Below are positions 16,803-26,906 of a stretch of DNA of 64,000 nucleotides, piece by piece. The stretch's first letter is position 1, and the number at the start of each line of letters is the position of its first letter. Position numbers and translations under genes: made by a program. The stretch is from positions 1-64,000 of the IMG/VR virus record IMGVR_UViG_3300042503_001836. One strand, written 5' to 3'. The notes beneath the pieces were generated by a model. That model did not search any database and was not told the DNA's origin. It worked only from the letters and a program-made list of their open reading frames with translations. This DNA comes from a virus.

Positions 16803-17663
16803 TTAGGTTAATTTTGTTAGACTTACTCCGTTGGGCAAATCATTACTAAGTATCACCTGATAATCGCTAAAACTGCGAGGTACAGCAACGGTAGACTTAA
16901 TTTCCAGTTTATCAAATAACTCATGAACAGGCGCACTGCCATACTTATTATCGTGACTAAAAATATACAGACCACGACACGCCATAAGACCACGACTAGC
17001 AGAACGATCAAACTCCCAAGATTTAACAAGTGCATCCCACAATAATTCTAGGTCGCGTTCCGTTACGTGGCTGGCTAAACTAGGATTATAAAAAACGTAA
17101 GAACGATATAAACCATAGGGAATAGTTTCTTTACGACCCATAGTTTTGTTGTCTTTGTTTTCTTGGGCTTCAGTGGACGCACAGCGAGTAATGCAAACAG
17201 ATTGAGGAAATATAGGATCAATGCTTCTAGCAAAGCTAAATTGTGACGCACCCCATACCTGTCCTGCTTGGTAGTCTCCAGTAGACATAACTGCACCAAA
17301 CATTCTTACATCATAGTAATTTTGGCGCATCCAATTATTAACAACGTCAACACCAGTTTTATCTTTTTTAGACTTCTTAGTTCCAGAAGCATCATAAGCC
17401 GCTTCTAAAGTATTGTTCAGAACCGATCCTGACTTAATAAAGATTCTGAATCTTTCTGGTTTTTGCTCATCAGAGGCAACCATTTGAATGTAGTTCCTAA
17501 CTTTACGTTTTAGACAAGCATCAGTTACCAAACCTTGATTAGTTTGAGGATCAATTCGTGGTTGATTACCAGCATCAGGATCACCGTTAGGATTACCGTC
17601 AAGACAATCAAATAATAGAATAGCGTCGTGTTTTTTGGTTGGGTCTAAATAAATCTGTGTCAT
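16803..17663 (-). CDS. cas7: Type I-C Cas7 (Csd2)
   Basis: GNPNGDPDAGNQPRID, TDACLKRKVRNY, DVRMFGAVM, TMGRK..IPYGLY. Confidence 0.95.
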   Translation of the reverse strand: MTQIYLDPTKKHDAILLFDCLDGNPNGDPDAGNQPRIDPQTNQGLVTDACLKRKVRNYIQMVASDEQKPERFRIFIKSGSVLNNTLEAAYDASGTKKSKKDKTGVDVVNNWMRQNYYDVRMFGAVMSTGDYQAGQVWGASQFSFARSIDPIFPQSVCITRCASTEAQENKDNKTMGRKETIPYGLYRSYVFYNPSLASHVTERDLELLWDALVKSWEFDRSASRGLMACRGLYIFSHDNKYGSAPVHELFDKLEIKSTVAVPRSFSDYQVILSNDLPNGVSLTKLT

Positions 17664-17681
17664 GATGTTTACCTTTTGTTA

Positions 17682-19337
17682 TTAGTCGTTTTCAGTTTCA
17701 GTAGTTTCTAATTCAGCTTCAGTTCTTTTAGCATAGAACTCACTTTTCATTTGCCACCAACCTTGAAAGAATAAAGCTTGAGACTTTGTATCAAGAATAT
17801 CTGGCAGACTAGTTATATCAAAATCCTTAAATTCTTCAGTTAATTTAGGTTTGATATAACCAACATTTTCTAAGTGATAACCCATGCAGTGACTACAGAT
17901 TTTAGCAAACACTTGGGAAGGTGTAGATGATAAAATTTTCAAGTTTTTCATCACTACAGTTTTATCCTCAGAAATCTTCTGTGATTTCCAATGTACAGTG
18001 TGAAATAAGAAAGATATTCTACCCAGTTTAAAGGCAGAATCTAAGGTTAATTGTCCAGTGGGATAACTCATGTTATTGCTTGCTAAGTACAGATATAAAC
18101 CTTGTGCTTTGACATAGCTAAATTGTCTTTCTGCACAGATTCTAGAAATAATCTTTTGGGCGTAACCATCCGATAAGGCAGATCCGAGTAGTGCAAATTT
18201 GGTAATTTCTCTAGCGATACGTGACTTGTAATTGTCCTTACCATCAGCAAAAGCACATTTCACTAACAACCAAATTGGACTAGCTTTAGTAGCGCAACTC
18301 AGTTGTATTTCTACAAATCTTTTTAGGGATGATTTGACCTGACCTAAAGTGGTTTCTGTCCAACTAGATAAAGATATTCTCCCAGCGTTACCAGTTAGGC
18401 AAGCTATGAAAAATAGACTTTCTTCCAGTTCCTCAACATTCAGATTTTGAGGTTTATTTGGCGTGGAAAATATAGTTTCTAAAGATGGGTTATCCCACAC
18501 TTCGGCATTTATACCTTCACTGGTTTCCTCACCCCAATAAACAAAAACCTGATTTTCTGTCTTGAACCTATTGTTAGGTGAATCAAGTAAAAAGTTAAGT
18601 GTCTTATGTGTTCTAATTGCGCTTCTAATACTCATAGAAGCATTAGCATTACCAGCTAATCCATAAGACTCAGTAACTTCTTTATCAAAACTTACTAAAG
18701 CTGCACCTGCTGACTGGGAATTAGGAACGCCTTTAATCTTTAGTGGAACTACAGTTTTTAAAACTAATGCCTGTTCTTCACCGGATATTAAACAAAGTCC
18801 TCGTGTTCCTTCATTAAGCTTCAAAAGGTCACTATTTGCCTTCTTAACCCACCATTCCTTAATAATAGGAATACTGGTTATTTGCTCACCATCTAGCAAA
18901 AAAACAAATACTGATTTAACCCAATCTTCTTTAACTTTAGGGTTAACCTCTTTTAGCTGCTTAAATATCTTAGAACTGTCAGTTGATGTGACATATTCAT
19001 AGACTTTCCTAACAGCTTCATGTTCAGTAGCATTAATACATTGCTGTAATAACTCTAAGTACAAAGGCTGTCTTTTTCGTCCACGATCACCAGCACCAAA
19101 TAAATATTCAGCACTATCATCTATTAAAAGAGGTTTTTCACCATTCCTTAACAGATCCGGTACTAAAAGTTTCTTACTTAATGATGGTTGTCCTTTACTT
19201 TTTGGTGTTTCTAAAGACGTTATACTACCACTACTTAAATCAATAGCATAGTTAACACCTTTAGACTCGTAACCGTAGGGAGATAGTAAATTTTGACTAT
19301 CTAAAAACTTGCCTAGTTTATCTAATTCGGACAGCAT
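17682..19337 (-). CDS. cas8c: Type I-C Cas8c (Csd1)
   Basis: Lies between cas5 and cas7; CLISG, KIKGV...GAALVSF..ESYG, L.GNAGRIS, C-terminal Cas11-like F.LGR...QALF..G. Confidence 0.88.
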   Translation of the reverse strand: MLSELDKLGKFLDSQNLLSPYGYESKGVNYAIDLSSGSITSLETPKSKGQPSLSKKLLVPDLLRNGEKPLLIDDSAEYLFGAGDRGRKRQPLYLELLQQCINATEHEAVRKVYEYVTSTDSSKIFKQLKEVNPKVKEDWVKSVFVFLLDGEQITSIPIIKEWWVKKANSDLLKLNEGTRGLCLISGEEQALVLKTVVPLKIKGVPNSQSAGAALVSFDKEVTESYGLAGNANASMSIRSAIRTHKTLNFLLDSPNNRFKTENQVFVYWGEETSEGINAEVWDNPSLETIFSTPNKPQNLNVEELEESLFFIACLTGNAGRISLSSWTETTLGQVKSSLKRFVEIQLSCATKASPIWLLVKCAFADGKDNYKSRIAREITKFALLGSALSDGYAQKIISRICAERQFSYVKAQGLYLYLASNNMSYPTGQLTLDSAFKLGRISFLFHTVHWKSQKISEDKTVVMKNLKILSSTPSQVFAKICSHCMGYHLENVGYIKPKLTEEFKDFDITSLPDILDTKSQALFFQGWWQMKSEFYAKRTEAELETTETEND

Positions 19338-19963
19338 AATACACCGTCCTTTAATATAAAATTGGCAAATTCAACAACAGATTTTCCTTTGGTAATCCCA
19401 TTTTTAGACTTCCAGGAAATTTTACCTTTCTTATCTGGAATAAAATGCTCTTGTTTAGGCATCATTCCCAGATCCTTAACACCTCTCAAAGTTGCGCTAG
19501 GGTATTCTTTTTCTTGGGGTAATCCAAAGTAAGCAATATACTCTCGACAGCCAAAATAAGGCTGTTTAAAACATTTACCTTCTTTGATTCTGTCAGCAAT
19601 AATCGCGTAATACTTATCAGGATTAAGGTTGTCATCTGTTAATTCAAAGCAAAAATCAATGTGATAGGCAACGTCTTTTAACAATATCTGAGTCCGTTGT
19701 GTACGGTCTTCCTCAATTGTCTTTAACTTACCCACATTGCGGTAACTTTGCTTTGACTTGATCATGTTCCGCATGACGGACAAATGTTTGATTGGCTTTA
19801 GTACAGAAATACTATTTATGGAATATTTTATCTCAGGTTTCCAAAAAATAGATTCTAGGATGCCAACAGCCGCAGTGAACGTCATAACTGGATAGGTATG
19901 CGGTTCACTCTTGTACTCAGGTCTGGTAAATAGGGCAAAGTCACCCCAAACTTTTAATTGCAC
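19322..19963 (-). CDS. cas5: Type I-C Cas5 (Cas5d, crRNA-processing)
   Basis: VWGDFALFTRPE.K.E..TYPV.T..AA.GILESIFWKP, RTQR, QPYFGCREY. Confidence 0.95.
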   Translation of the reverse strand: MQLKVWGDFALFTRPEYKSEPHTYPVMTFTAAVGILESIFWKPEIKYSINSISVLKPIKHLSVMRNMIKSKQSYRNVGKLKTIEEDRTQRTQILLKDVAYHIDFCFELTDDNLNPDKYYAIIADRIKEGKCFKQPYFGCREYIAYFGLPQEKEYPSATLRGVKDLGMMPKQEHFIPDKKGKISWKSKNGITKGKSVVEFANFILKDGVLCCPN

Positions 19964-20042
19964 ACAATAAACCTTTGCTCTCTCTAATTTTGTAAAATAA
20001 TGTTAGTCTTATTTTACGTTGTCTCCTTATCATAATGTACTA

Positions 20043-22097
20043 ATGAGATATTTGTCAAGAGTCAATAAAAACAGTCTAAAACAAGAATTAAAACAGCACT
20101 TAACTAACGTTGCTACAACGTCTAAAAGCATTGTACCATCTGAGTTTCAAGCAGTAGCCTATTATGCCGGGCTATGGCATGATCTAGGTAAGTATAGAGA
20201 AGAATGGCAATATTATTTATTACAACGGGTCGCAGGTGACAAAGTAAAAACTATATCACACGCTGCTCATGGTGCAGTATTAGCTTTGCAGTCACACACA
20301 AGCAAGAAAGATCCGCCAGCTATGGCTTATATAATTGCCGGACATCATGCAGGCTTATATGCTAAAGACAAGTTAAAAGGAACTGAGTACAAACAAAAAG
20401 CAGAAGGTCTAAACGAGTGTTTATGCAACGCTAAAGATGAAATACCTGGTTTTATGCCGGACAAATTACCAGATATTGATTTACCTAAACTATCTAGGGA
20501 GTTTGCTATCAGGATGTTATTTTCTGTGGTAGTTGATTGTGATCGCACCGATGCCCAAATATTTGAATCTGGTAAACCACCTGCACAAATTAAAGACATA
20601 ATTCCTAACTTCCCTACATTCTCTCATACTTCAGATATTGGATTAATTAGGTCTAAGTTTGCAAATTATTGTATAAACGCAGCTAAATACAATAAAGGAT
20701 TTTTTAGATTATCCGGTGCTTGTGGAATAGGTAAGACCATTGCAAGTGCTAAGTTTGCTTATTTGCACAGTGATATTCATAATATGTCAGGAATAGTTTA
20801 TGTTAGTCCGCTAAAAAGCATTATTGAACAAACAGCTAATGTATACCGGGATCTGTTTGGTGATAATGCAGTATTAGAACATCATTCAGGATATGACCCT
20901 AGTGAAGCTAACCATGAAGAGTATAAGCTAAACACAGAAAGATGGGATAAACCAGTAATTGTTACTAGCGGTGTACAGTTTTATGAAAGTTTATTTGCCA
21001 ATAGTCCCTCTAAGTGCCGTAAACTGCAAAGCTTAATCAACAAAGTGATCTTAATAGATGAATCTCAAACTATACCCACTCATTTAGTCCGTCCAACCTT
21101 AGATGTACTAAAAAGTTTAGTTAATGATTGGGGCTGTACTGTAGTTTTAATGAGTGCCACACAGCCAGCATTTAACAACCTAAAAAATGATGATATCAAA
21201 AACATTACAAATATAATCCCTGAACAAGATTGTATAGATTTTTTTGATAAACTTAACAGGGTTAACTATAAATTTAATCCGGCTTTGTGGGAAATAGAAA
21301 ACCTAAAAGATGACGTGATTAATTCAGGAATAAAGCAAGGTTTAATAATAGTTAACACGACTAAACTAGCAAGAGACATCTATCAGGAATTATCTGAATA
21401 TTTACCCTGTTATCATCTCAGTTCTAGAATGTGTCCCGCACATAGACAAGCAACATTAAACACAGTAAAGACGTTATTAGCTGACAATAAACCATGTTTT
21501 TTAGTTAGTACACAAGTAATAGAAGCAGGAGTAGACATAGACTTTCCTCAAGTATGGAGACAGTTAGCACCATTAGATGCAATTATCCAAGCTGCGGGTA
21601 GATGCAACCGTGAGGGTAAACAAGATAAAGGCAATGTAATAATTTTTAAGATGAAAGGTTTTGTTTCATCTGACTATAATAATCGTCAAAAAATCACAGA
21701 ACAGTTATTACTACAAACGGATCTAAATATTAATATGCTTAACACAATTAATAGATATTTCCGTATTCTGTACAATGAAAACCATGATGGCGGATTAGAA
21801 ATACAAAAGCTTAGGGAAAACTATAATTATCCCGAAGTAGCAGAAAAATATAAAGTTTTGGATGACACACAGATATCTGTAGTAGTTGAATATGGGGATA
21901 ATCAACAATTATTAAATGAGTTAAAAACTAAGGAATTTTTAACTAACAATGACTGGAGAAAATTACAGAAATTTACAGTCAATTTACCGCAAAGTATGGT
22001 TGATTTTGAGGAAGTCAATGGAGTAAAATATTGGATAGGGGAGTATAATAATAATGTTGGTTGTCTACCCTTCGAGTATAAAGTTTTAATAGCATAA
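20043..22097 (+). CDS. cas3: Cas3 HD-nuclease/helicase, compact and divergently transcribed
   Basis: HL, WHDLGK, GHH, VVDCD, G.GKT, IDESQ, MSATQP, STQVIEAGVDIDF, QAAGRCNR. Confidence 0.95.
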   Translation: MRYLSRVNKNSLKQELKQHLTNVATTSKSIVPSEFQAVAYYAGLWHDLGKYREEWQYYLLQRVAGDKVKTISHAAHGAVLALQSHTSKKDPPAMAYIIAGHHAGLYAKDKLKGTEYKQKAEGLNECLCNAKDEIPGFMPDKLPDIDLPKLSREFAIRMLFSVVVDCDRTDAQIFESGKPPAQIKDIIPNFPTFSHTSDIGLIRSKFANYCINAAKYNKGFFRLSGACGIGKTIASAKFAYLHSDIHNMSGIVYVSPLKSIIEQTANVYRDLFGDNAVLEHHSGYDPSEANHEEYKLNTERWDKPVIVTSGVQFYESLFANSPSKCRKLQSLINKVILIDESQTIPTHLVRPTLDVLKSLVNDWGCTVVLMSATQPAFNNLKNDDIKNITNIIPEQDCIDFFDKLNRVNYKFNPALWEIENLKDDVINSGIKQGLIIVNTTKLARDIYQELSEYLPCYHLSSRMCPAHRQATLNTVKTLLADNKPCFLVSTQVIEAGVDIDFPQVWRQLAPLDAIIQAAGRCNREGKQDKGNVIIFKMKGFVSSDYNNRQKITEQLLLQTDLNINMLNTINRYFRILYNENHDGGLEIQKLRENYNYPEVAEKYKVLDDTQISVVVEYGDNQQLLNELKTKEFLTNNDWRKLQKFTVNLPQSMVDFEEVNGVKYWIGEYNNNVGCLPFEYKVLIA

Positions 22098-22109
22098 ATA
22101 CTTAGTATC

Positions 22110-22336
22110 AAGCGCGTGTGGTTGGGTGTGAAAATCTAGATAATGAATAAAATAGCTGAAATTCTTGATAGGTAAGAGTTTCAGCTATTTTGTTTTTGTA
22201 AGTACCCGCGCCTTAGTAATGGTAAGGGTTTCGGCTGTTTTTGCTGTTGACACAATTCCTGGAATGGGGTATGATTATCTCATCCGCGAAACTGAACCTT
22301 GAAAACTAAATATAATCAGGCTTTTAGAAAGCAACA
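22110..22336 (+). promoter_or_regulatory. CRISPR leader 2
   Basis: Homologous to leader 1; TTGACA...TATGAT promoter. Confidence 0.85.
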
Positions 22337-23888
22337 GTATAAATACTCCCTTGATAGGGAGTTGGATTGAAACAACCCTATTTGGATAATAGGGTTAATC
22401 ACCTTGGTATAAATACTCCCTTGATAGGGAGTTGGATTGAAACATTGACCTTGCCGATCTGGTTCATACCTACCGCAATGTATAAATACTCCCTTGATAG
22501 GGAGTTGGATTGAAACAAATCATCTATTGTGCGATCGCCTATAGATGGAGATAGTATAAATACTCCCTTGATAGGGAGTTGGATTGAAACATTGTTCCAA
22601 CTGCAAGTAACTTTATCAATAATCCGTATAAATACTCCCTTGATAGGGAGTTGGATTGAAACGTAGCGTTCATATCTAGCAGCCCCTTATCTTGGTATAA
22701 ATACTCCCTTGATAGGGAGTTGGATTGAAACTCAGCAGTTAGATATTTTTCACCTTTCAAGTTAGGTATAAATACTCCCTTGATAGGGAGTTGGATTGAA
22801 ACCACACCCATAATTAACTGAGCCGCTTCAGAAGCTTGGGTATAAATACTCCCTTGATAGGGAGTTGGATTGAAACGCCAATCCAATACGTTACAGACTG
22901 ATAGCTGACCCCGTATAAATACTCCCTTGATAGGGAGTTGGATTGAAACGCTTTGATAGGCAATCCCCTTTAAGTCCTTACCAGGTATAAATACTCCCTT
23001 GATAGGGAGTTGGATTGAAACTTCTATTCCTTCGAGGCTGCACACTCTAACATATTCGGTATAAATACTCCCTTGATAGGGAGTTGGATTGAAACTTTAA
23101 TGTTGCCATTAATCAGCCAGGCGCGAATGTATAAAGTATAAATACTCCCTTGATAGGGAGTTGGATTGAAACATCTGGTTTAGCACTACTAGCTATGGTG
23201 AAAAATTTGGTATAAATACTCCCTTGATAGGGAGTTGGATTGAAACAACCTAAGCGTAAAGCTAAAACGGACAACCTTTAAGTATAAATACTCCCTTGAT
23301 AGGGAGTTGGATTGAAACCACTTTTGGTTAACGGGTAGTCGGTAAAAAGGTCATGGGTATAAATACTCCCTTGATAGGGAGTTGGATTGAAACTTATTAT
23401 TGGAAAACTTTTTAACCATAGCCAGTATAAATACTCCCTTGATAGGGAGTTGGATTGAAACTTAACGCTTTACCCTTCTTACCGTTAGACACCCTGTATA
23501 AATACTCCCTTGATAGGGAGTTGGATTGAAACAATCTGTTTTAGTCCATCAGATAATAGTTGGGAATTTTGACGTATAAATACTCCCTTGATAGGGAGTT
23601 GGATTGAAACAATCTGTTTTAGTCCATCAGATAATAGTTGGGAATTTTGACGTATAAATACTCCCTTGATAGGGAGTTGGATTGAAACAATGGTGCGATC
23701 GCTCAAAAGTATAAATACTCCCTTGATAGGGAGTTGGATTGAAACGTTCACTTCTTCAAAATAATCTAATTCATTCTCAGTATAAATACTCCCTTGATAG
23801 GGAGTTGGATTGAAACTTTTGTCTGCTATCGTTCTAGCAGTGATAACCCAGGTATAAATACTCCCTTAATTGGGAGTTGGATTGATAC
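22337..23888 (+). CRISPR. CRISPR array 2: 22 repeats (37 nt), 21 spacers
   Basis: Repeat GTATAAATACTCCCTTGATAGGGAGTTGGATTGAAAC, 1 nt different from array 1; degenerate terminal repeat at 23852-23888. Confidence 0.98.
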
Positions 23889-23952
23889 TGATTAAAACAA
23901 ATTAAAACTAATTTAAACACAAAATAAAACAAAAAAATATTTTAACCACCCC

Positions 23953-23981
23953 TTGACACACCTAAAATAATTTGATATATT
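23953..23981 (+). promoter_or_regulatory. Promoter of long non-coding region A
   Basis: TTGACA-17-TATATT. Confidence 0.75.
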
Positions 23982-23987
23982 ATATTT

Positions 23988-25000
23988 ATTGGTGAAACCT
24001 TTACGGTGACGTACTGGGGAAACCAACGCTAGTGTAATAATTACTCACTACTGCCTATAGATGCTTGAAAAGGATAGCTGAGGGTATGGACAAGAGGGAT
24101 AACAGACACAAGCGACCGAGCCGATACTTATGTATCTAGCCTGACAAAAAGAAATTTAAGGAAGTACCCATCCGCTTTAATACCTATTGGGAATTGAAAG
24201 CAAGGCCTTGCGAGGTTGATGGCATAGAACCTTAGAAGAAGTAGTGACCCCCGACCGAACTAAGTAAATCAGCAATGATTGAACAGGTCAAGCCACCACC
24301 GAAAGAACGGAGTGAGGTGTTGGAATTAGCCACGAGGGATAGGAGCTATTAAAGTCAGTTGATGGTTATAAAAGCTGACTTCTCATACTGGAGAAGGATA
24401 AACTTTAAATCCGGTTAGTTAGTCAAAAACGAACCGCCTTTGGAAAGCGCAGTAGGACTAGATTTAAAGCATAAGGGTGAAAGTAAGGAGATCATACGTT
24501 CTACGTGTTCTTTAATGAGCCTCCCGAACCAAAAAAACCACACAGCTAGGTCGTTCACTAGGGATTATCAACAATCTTGACTCTATAAAGTATGTAATTT
24601 TTACGTGAATCTAGGATAAAAAAGCAAAAATCAGATACTACTCCAAGCTAGACTGGCAAGGATGAAAGAAGCAGTACATCTGGACTTAGGGAAAAGGATA
24701 ATCACACATTTAGACAGTTCATGCTTATTTGAACCTGTTATAAAACAATGAATCTGTATAAAGATTCGCGGGAATAATCCCAAAAACGTTGTAACTTTTT
24801 TTCTAAGGGAGCAATCCCTAAAAACCCTAAAAATCTCATGATCAAAAACAAGAGCTTCCTCTCATGCTGATTGCGTGACGTTAGTAGAGAGGGTCACGTA
24901 AGCTTACAAAATATTTTTACCAGGGCTACAGGCTCTTAGATTTCTTTTTATACCTGTATGTCCAGACACTTATGCTGCGAATTTTTATTTAAACTAGATA
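23988..25000 (+). ncRNA. Putative long non-coding RNA A (3' end uncertain)
   Basis: Consensus promoter followed by ~1 kb without an ORF in the track; purine-rich, more GC-rich than flanks, local hairpins. Confidence 0.5.
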
Positions 25001-25213
25001 TTTTAGTGGTAATTCTGCCTCAACTAACTAAAACAGCCACTTTTTGCCCTCGACTCTAGAATACAGTCGTGCATTTCTAATAAAATACTTTGCGCTAAAA
25101 ATGCTATTAACTTGATAATAAATAGTAAATATCAAGCAAATAGTATATAAATTATAAAATATAGGAGTAAAAATAGTAAATTGCTGAAAGCCTTATATAG
25201 CAATACTTTTAGA

Positions 25214-25264
25214 GGTGATCCAAAGTTCGTAATATTCTATATCTATTACGAATCTTGGATCACC
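25214..25264. repeat. GGTGATCCAA inverted repeat, copy A
   Basis: GGTGATCCAA-AG-TTCGTAATA...TATTACGAA-TC-TTGGATCACC. Confidence 0.85.
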
Positions 25265-25386
25265 CTTTAGCTTGTATTTACTAAGGTTTCTAGCTATTGT
25301 ACTTAGGAACATGATACCAGTAATTTTAGTAAACGAATCTTTTAAAATAGTGTTTGACATTAAAATAAATACAGGGTAAAATAGTG

Positions 25387-25422
25387 ATATAAATACTTCC
25401 TGAAAAGAAATTGGATTAAAAC
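25387..25422 (+). CRISPR. Degenerate solitary repeat between a promoter and the first gene
   Basis: ATATAAATACTTCCTGAAAAGAAATTGGATTAAAAC, following TTGACA-17-TAAAAT (25354-25382). Confidence 0.6.
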
Positions 25423-25428
25423 AGCAAA

Positions 25429-25704
25429 GTGATCACAAGTACATCAGCACCAATTAAAATTGTTGGCAGCTATTTCAGAGACGTTGACGGCTGGCGACGA
25501 ATGAAGTCGCTAGATAGGGAATGTTCTGAACAAAGGATGTTACAAACCTGGACAAGCAATAAAAACTGTCGAGGTAGGAATTTTGATTTTGTGGTTGACA
25601 GACCCCAGGAAATTACCAGAAACGGTAAAACTTGGGTTTGGAACTTGTACGGATTTAAGGTTTGTAGAAGTAACAGGTTAAGATCACATGGAGAAGACAT
25701 CTAA
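25429..25704 (+). CDS. Hypothetical protein
   Basis: First ORF after the promoter; GTG start. Confidence 0.5.
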   Translation: MITSTSAPIKIVGSYFRDVDGWRRMKSLDRECSEQRMLQTWTSNKNCRGRNFDFVVDRPQEITRNGKTWVWNLYGFKVCRSNRLRSHGEDI

Positions 25705-26137
25705 AATGGTATATTTAGATCCGTTTAGCAACGGTAAAGACCTTGTATTTGTTGACTGGGATTTCGCACTATCTGTAGTAGAAACTTTAGATAAGTATGC
25801 CAGCGATGAGAACAGAACCCTGATCAAAGGCAAAGCAGCGATTAATATACTTGCTGAGTATGGTGCAATTACATATAAAGCTGTTTACCCTCCAACTAAA
25901 TTGGCTATTGTAATCTCACCACCATTTATATTCTTTTGTCCGTCACCTGATGGACTAGATGGTGTATTCATTGAGGATTATTATGAGGACAAACACGGTA
26001 AGTGTTTTATGCAATTAGAAAAGGACAACTTATTTGCTTACACCAATATAGATGCAAGGTTAGACGGATGGTCGTTTGCTGCGGGTATGGTAGAATTAGC
26101 ACAAAAGAATAAGGATCGTAACCAAGGAAAATTATGA
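25688..26137 (+). CDS. Hypothetical protein
   Basis: 149 aa in an overlapping operon arrangement. Confidence 0.65.
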   Translation: MEKTSKMVYLDPFSNGKDLVFVDWDFALSVVETLDKYASDENRTLIKGKAAINILAEYGAITYKAVYPPTKLAIVISPPFIFFCPSPDGLDGVFIEDYYEDKHGKCFMQLEKDNLFAYTNIDARLDGWSFAAGMVELAQKNKDRNQGKL

Positions 26138-26397
26138 AAATCTGGAGAATAGAAGTCAAAATCGAAGCTGATGATGATCTCTCAGAAGATGAAATTATCA
26201 ATTTATTAGAGAGCATAAATCACCGTAGTATTGAATATTTAGTTGTTTCCAAAACGGATAAATATTCGAGTAACAGATTTCTTAGAGGGTTTAGATATAT
26301 CTGGGAAAACTTCAGAGAGTGGCAATTGCATATAGACCCTAGACCAAGTTCACTGATAGATGATTCAATGTTTTGGGATATTCTTTGCAGTAAATAA
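26134..26397 (+). CDS. Hypothetical protein
   Basis: ATGA overlap; AAGGA RBS. Confidence 0.6.
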   Translation: MKIWRIEVKIEADDDLSEDEIINLLESINHRSIEYLVVSKTDKYSSNRFLRGFRYIWENFREWQLHIDPRPSSLIDDSMFWDILCSK

Positions 26398-26478
26398 CGT
26401 TTTGACCAACTCTATAGAACCGTGTAAAAAGCTAACAGCTAACGACTGAACAATACCGCATAAACAAAGGTAAGCAAA

Positions 26479-26799
26479 ATGACAAAAATAAACAATCTCT
26501 TACTATCAATAGAAAACCTATGTGCTGACTTAAATACAACAGAAGCTAAAGCAGCGAAAAGTAAGCGCAAATGGATTTATGATTTTTCCCTTCGTTATGA
26601 CTCGCAGGAAAAGCAATGGTCAGCAGCAATTTACAATTATCTAGTCCTTAGTGATGGTTCACACGACGGTGGTTACGAAGTTGCGGCAGCATCAGCTACT
26701 CAACCAGAAAAAGCCATAGAGTCCCTACTAAAGTCAAAAGAAATTGCTGATAGACTTACTGATAGTCAAACAGCGTATGAATCATTTAAAATGACGTAA
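26479..26799 (+). CDS. Hypothetical protein
   Basis: AAAGGT leader; 106 aa. Confidence 0.65.
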   Translation: MTKINNLLLSIENLCADLNTTEAKAAKSKRKWIYDFSLRYDSQEKQWSAAIYNYLVLSDGSHDGGYEVAAASATQPEKAIESLLKSKEIADRLTDSQTAYESFKMT

Positions 26800-26800
26800 G

Positions 26801-26902
26801 ATAAATACTTCTTGAAAAGGAGTTGGATTGAAACAAAATAGCGAGATAAATACTCCCTTAACCGGAAGTTGGATTGAAACATAAAACAAAACGGATTGAA
26901 AC
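26801..26902 (+). CRISPR. Collapsed intercistronic repeat cluster: two degenerate repeats plus a handle-only remnant
   Basis: Repeats at 26801-26834 and 26846-26880, GGATTGAAAC at 26893-26902; gaps of 11-12 nt. Confidence 0.85.
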
Positions 26903-26906
26903 ACAA

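Noticed and set aside
22732-23209. Self-targeting spacers (e.g. GATATTTTTCACC also near 52498, TTTAGCACTACT also near 8448)
   Set aside because: The matches are only 12-13 nt, as expected by chance in AT-rich DNA. No full-length self match was seen, but the check was by eye only.
22539-23751. Minus-strand ORFs inside array 2
   Set aside because: They are repeat-derived artefacts.
16429-23779. Second shared spacer pair (TTCACTTCTTCAA in both arrays)
   Set aside because: Only 13 nt match and the rest diverges.
23988-25000. Group I/II intron, tmRNA or tracrRNA identity for region A
   Set aside because: No interrupted host gene, catalytic core, tag frame or anti-repeat could be recognised.
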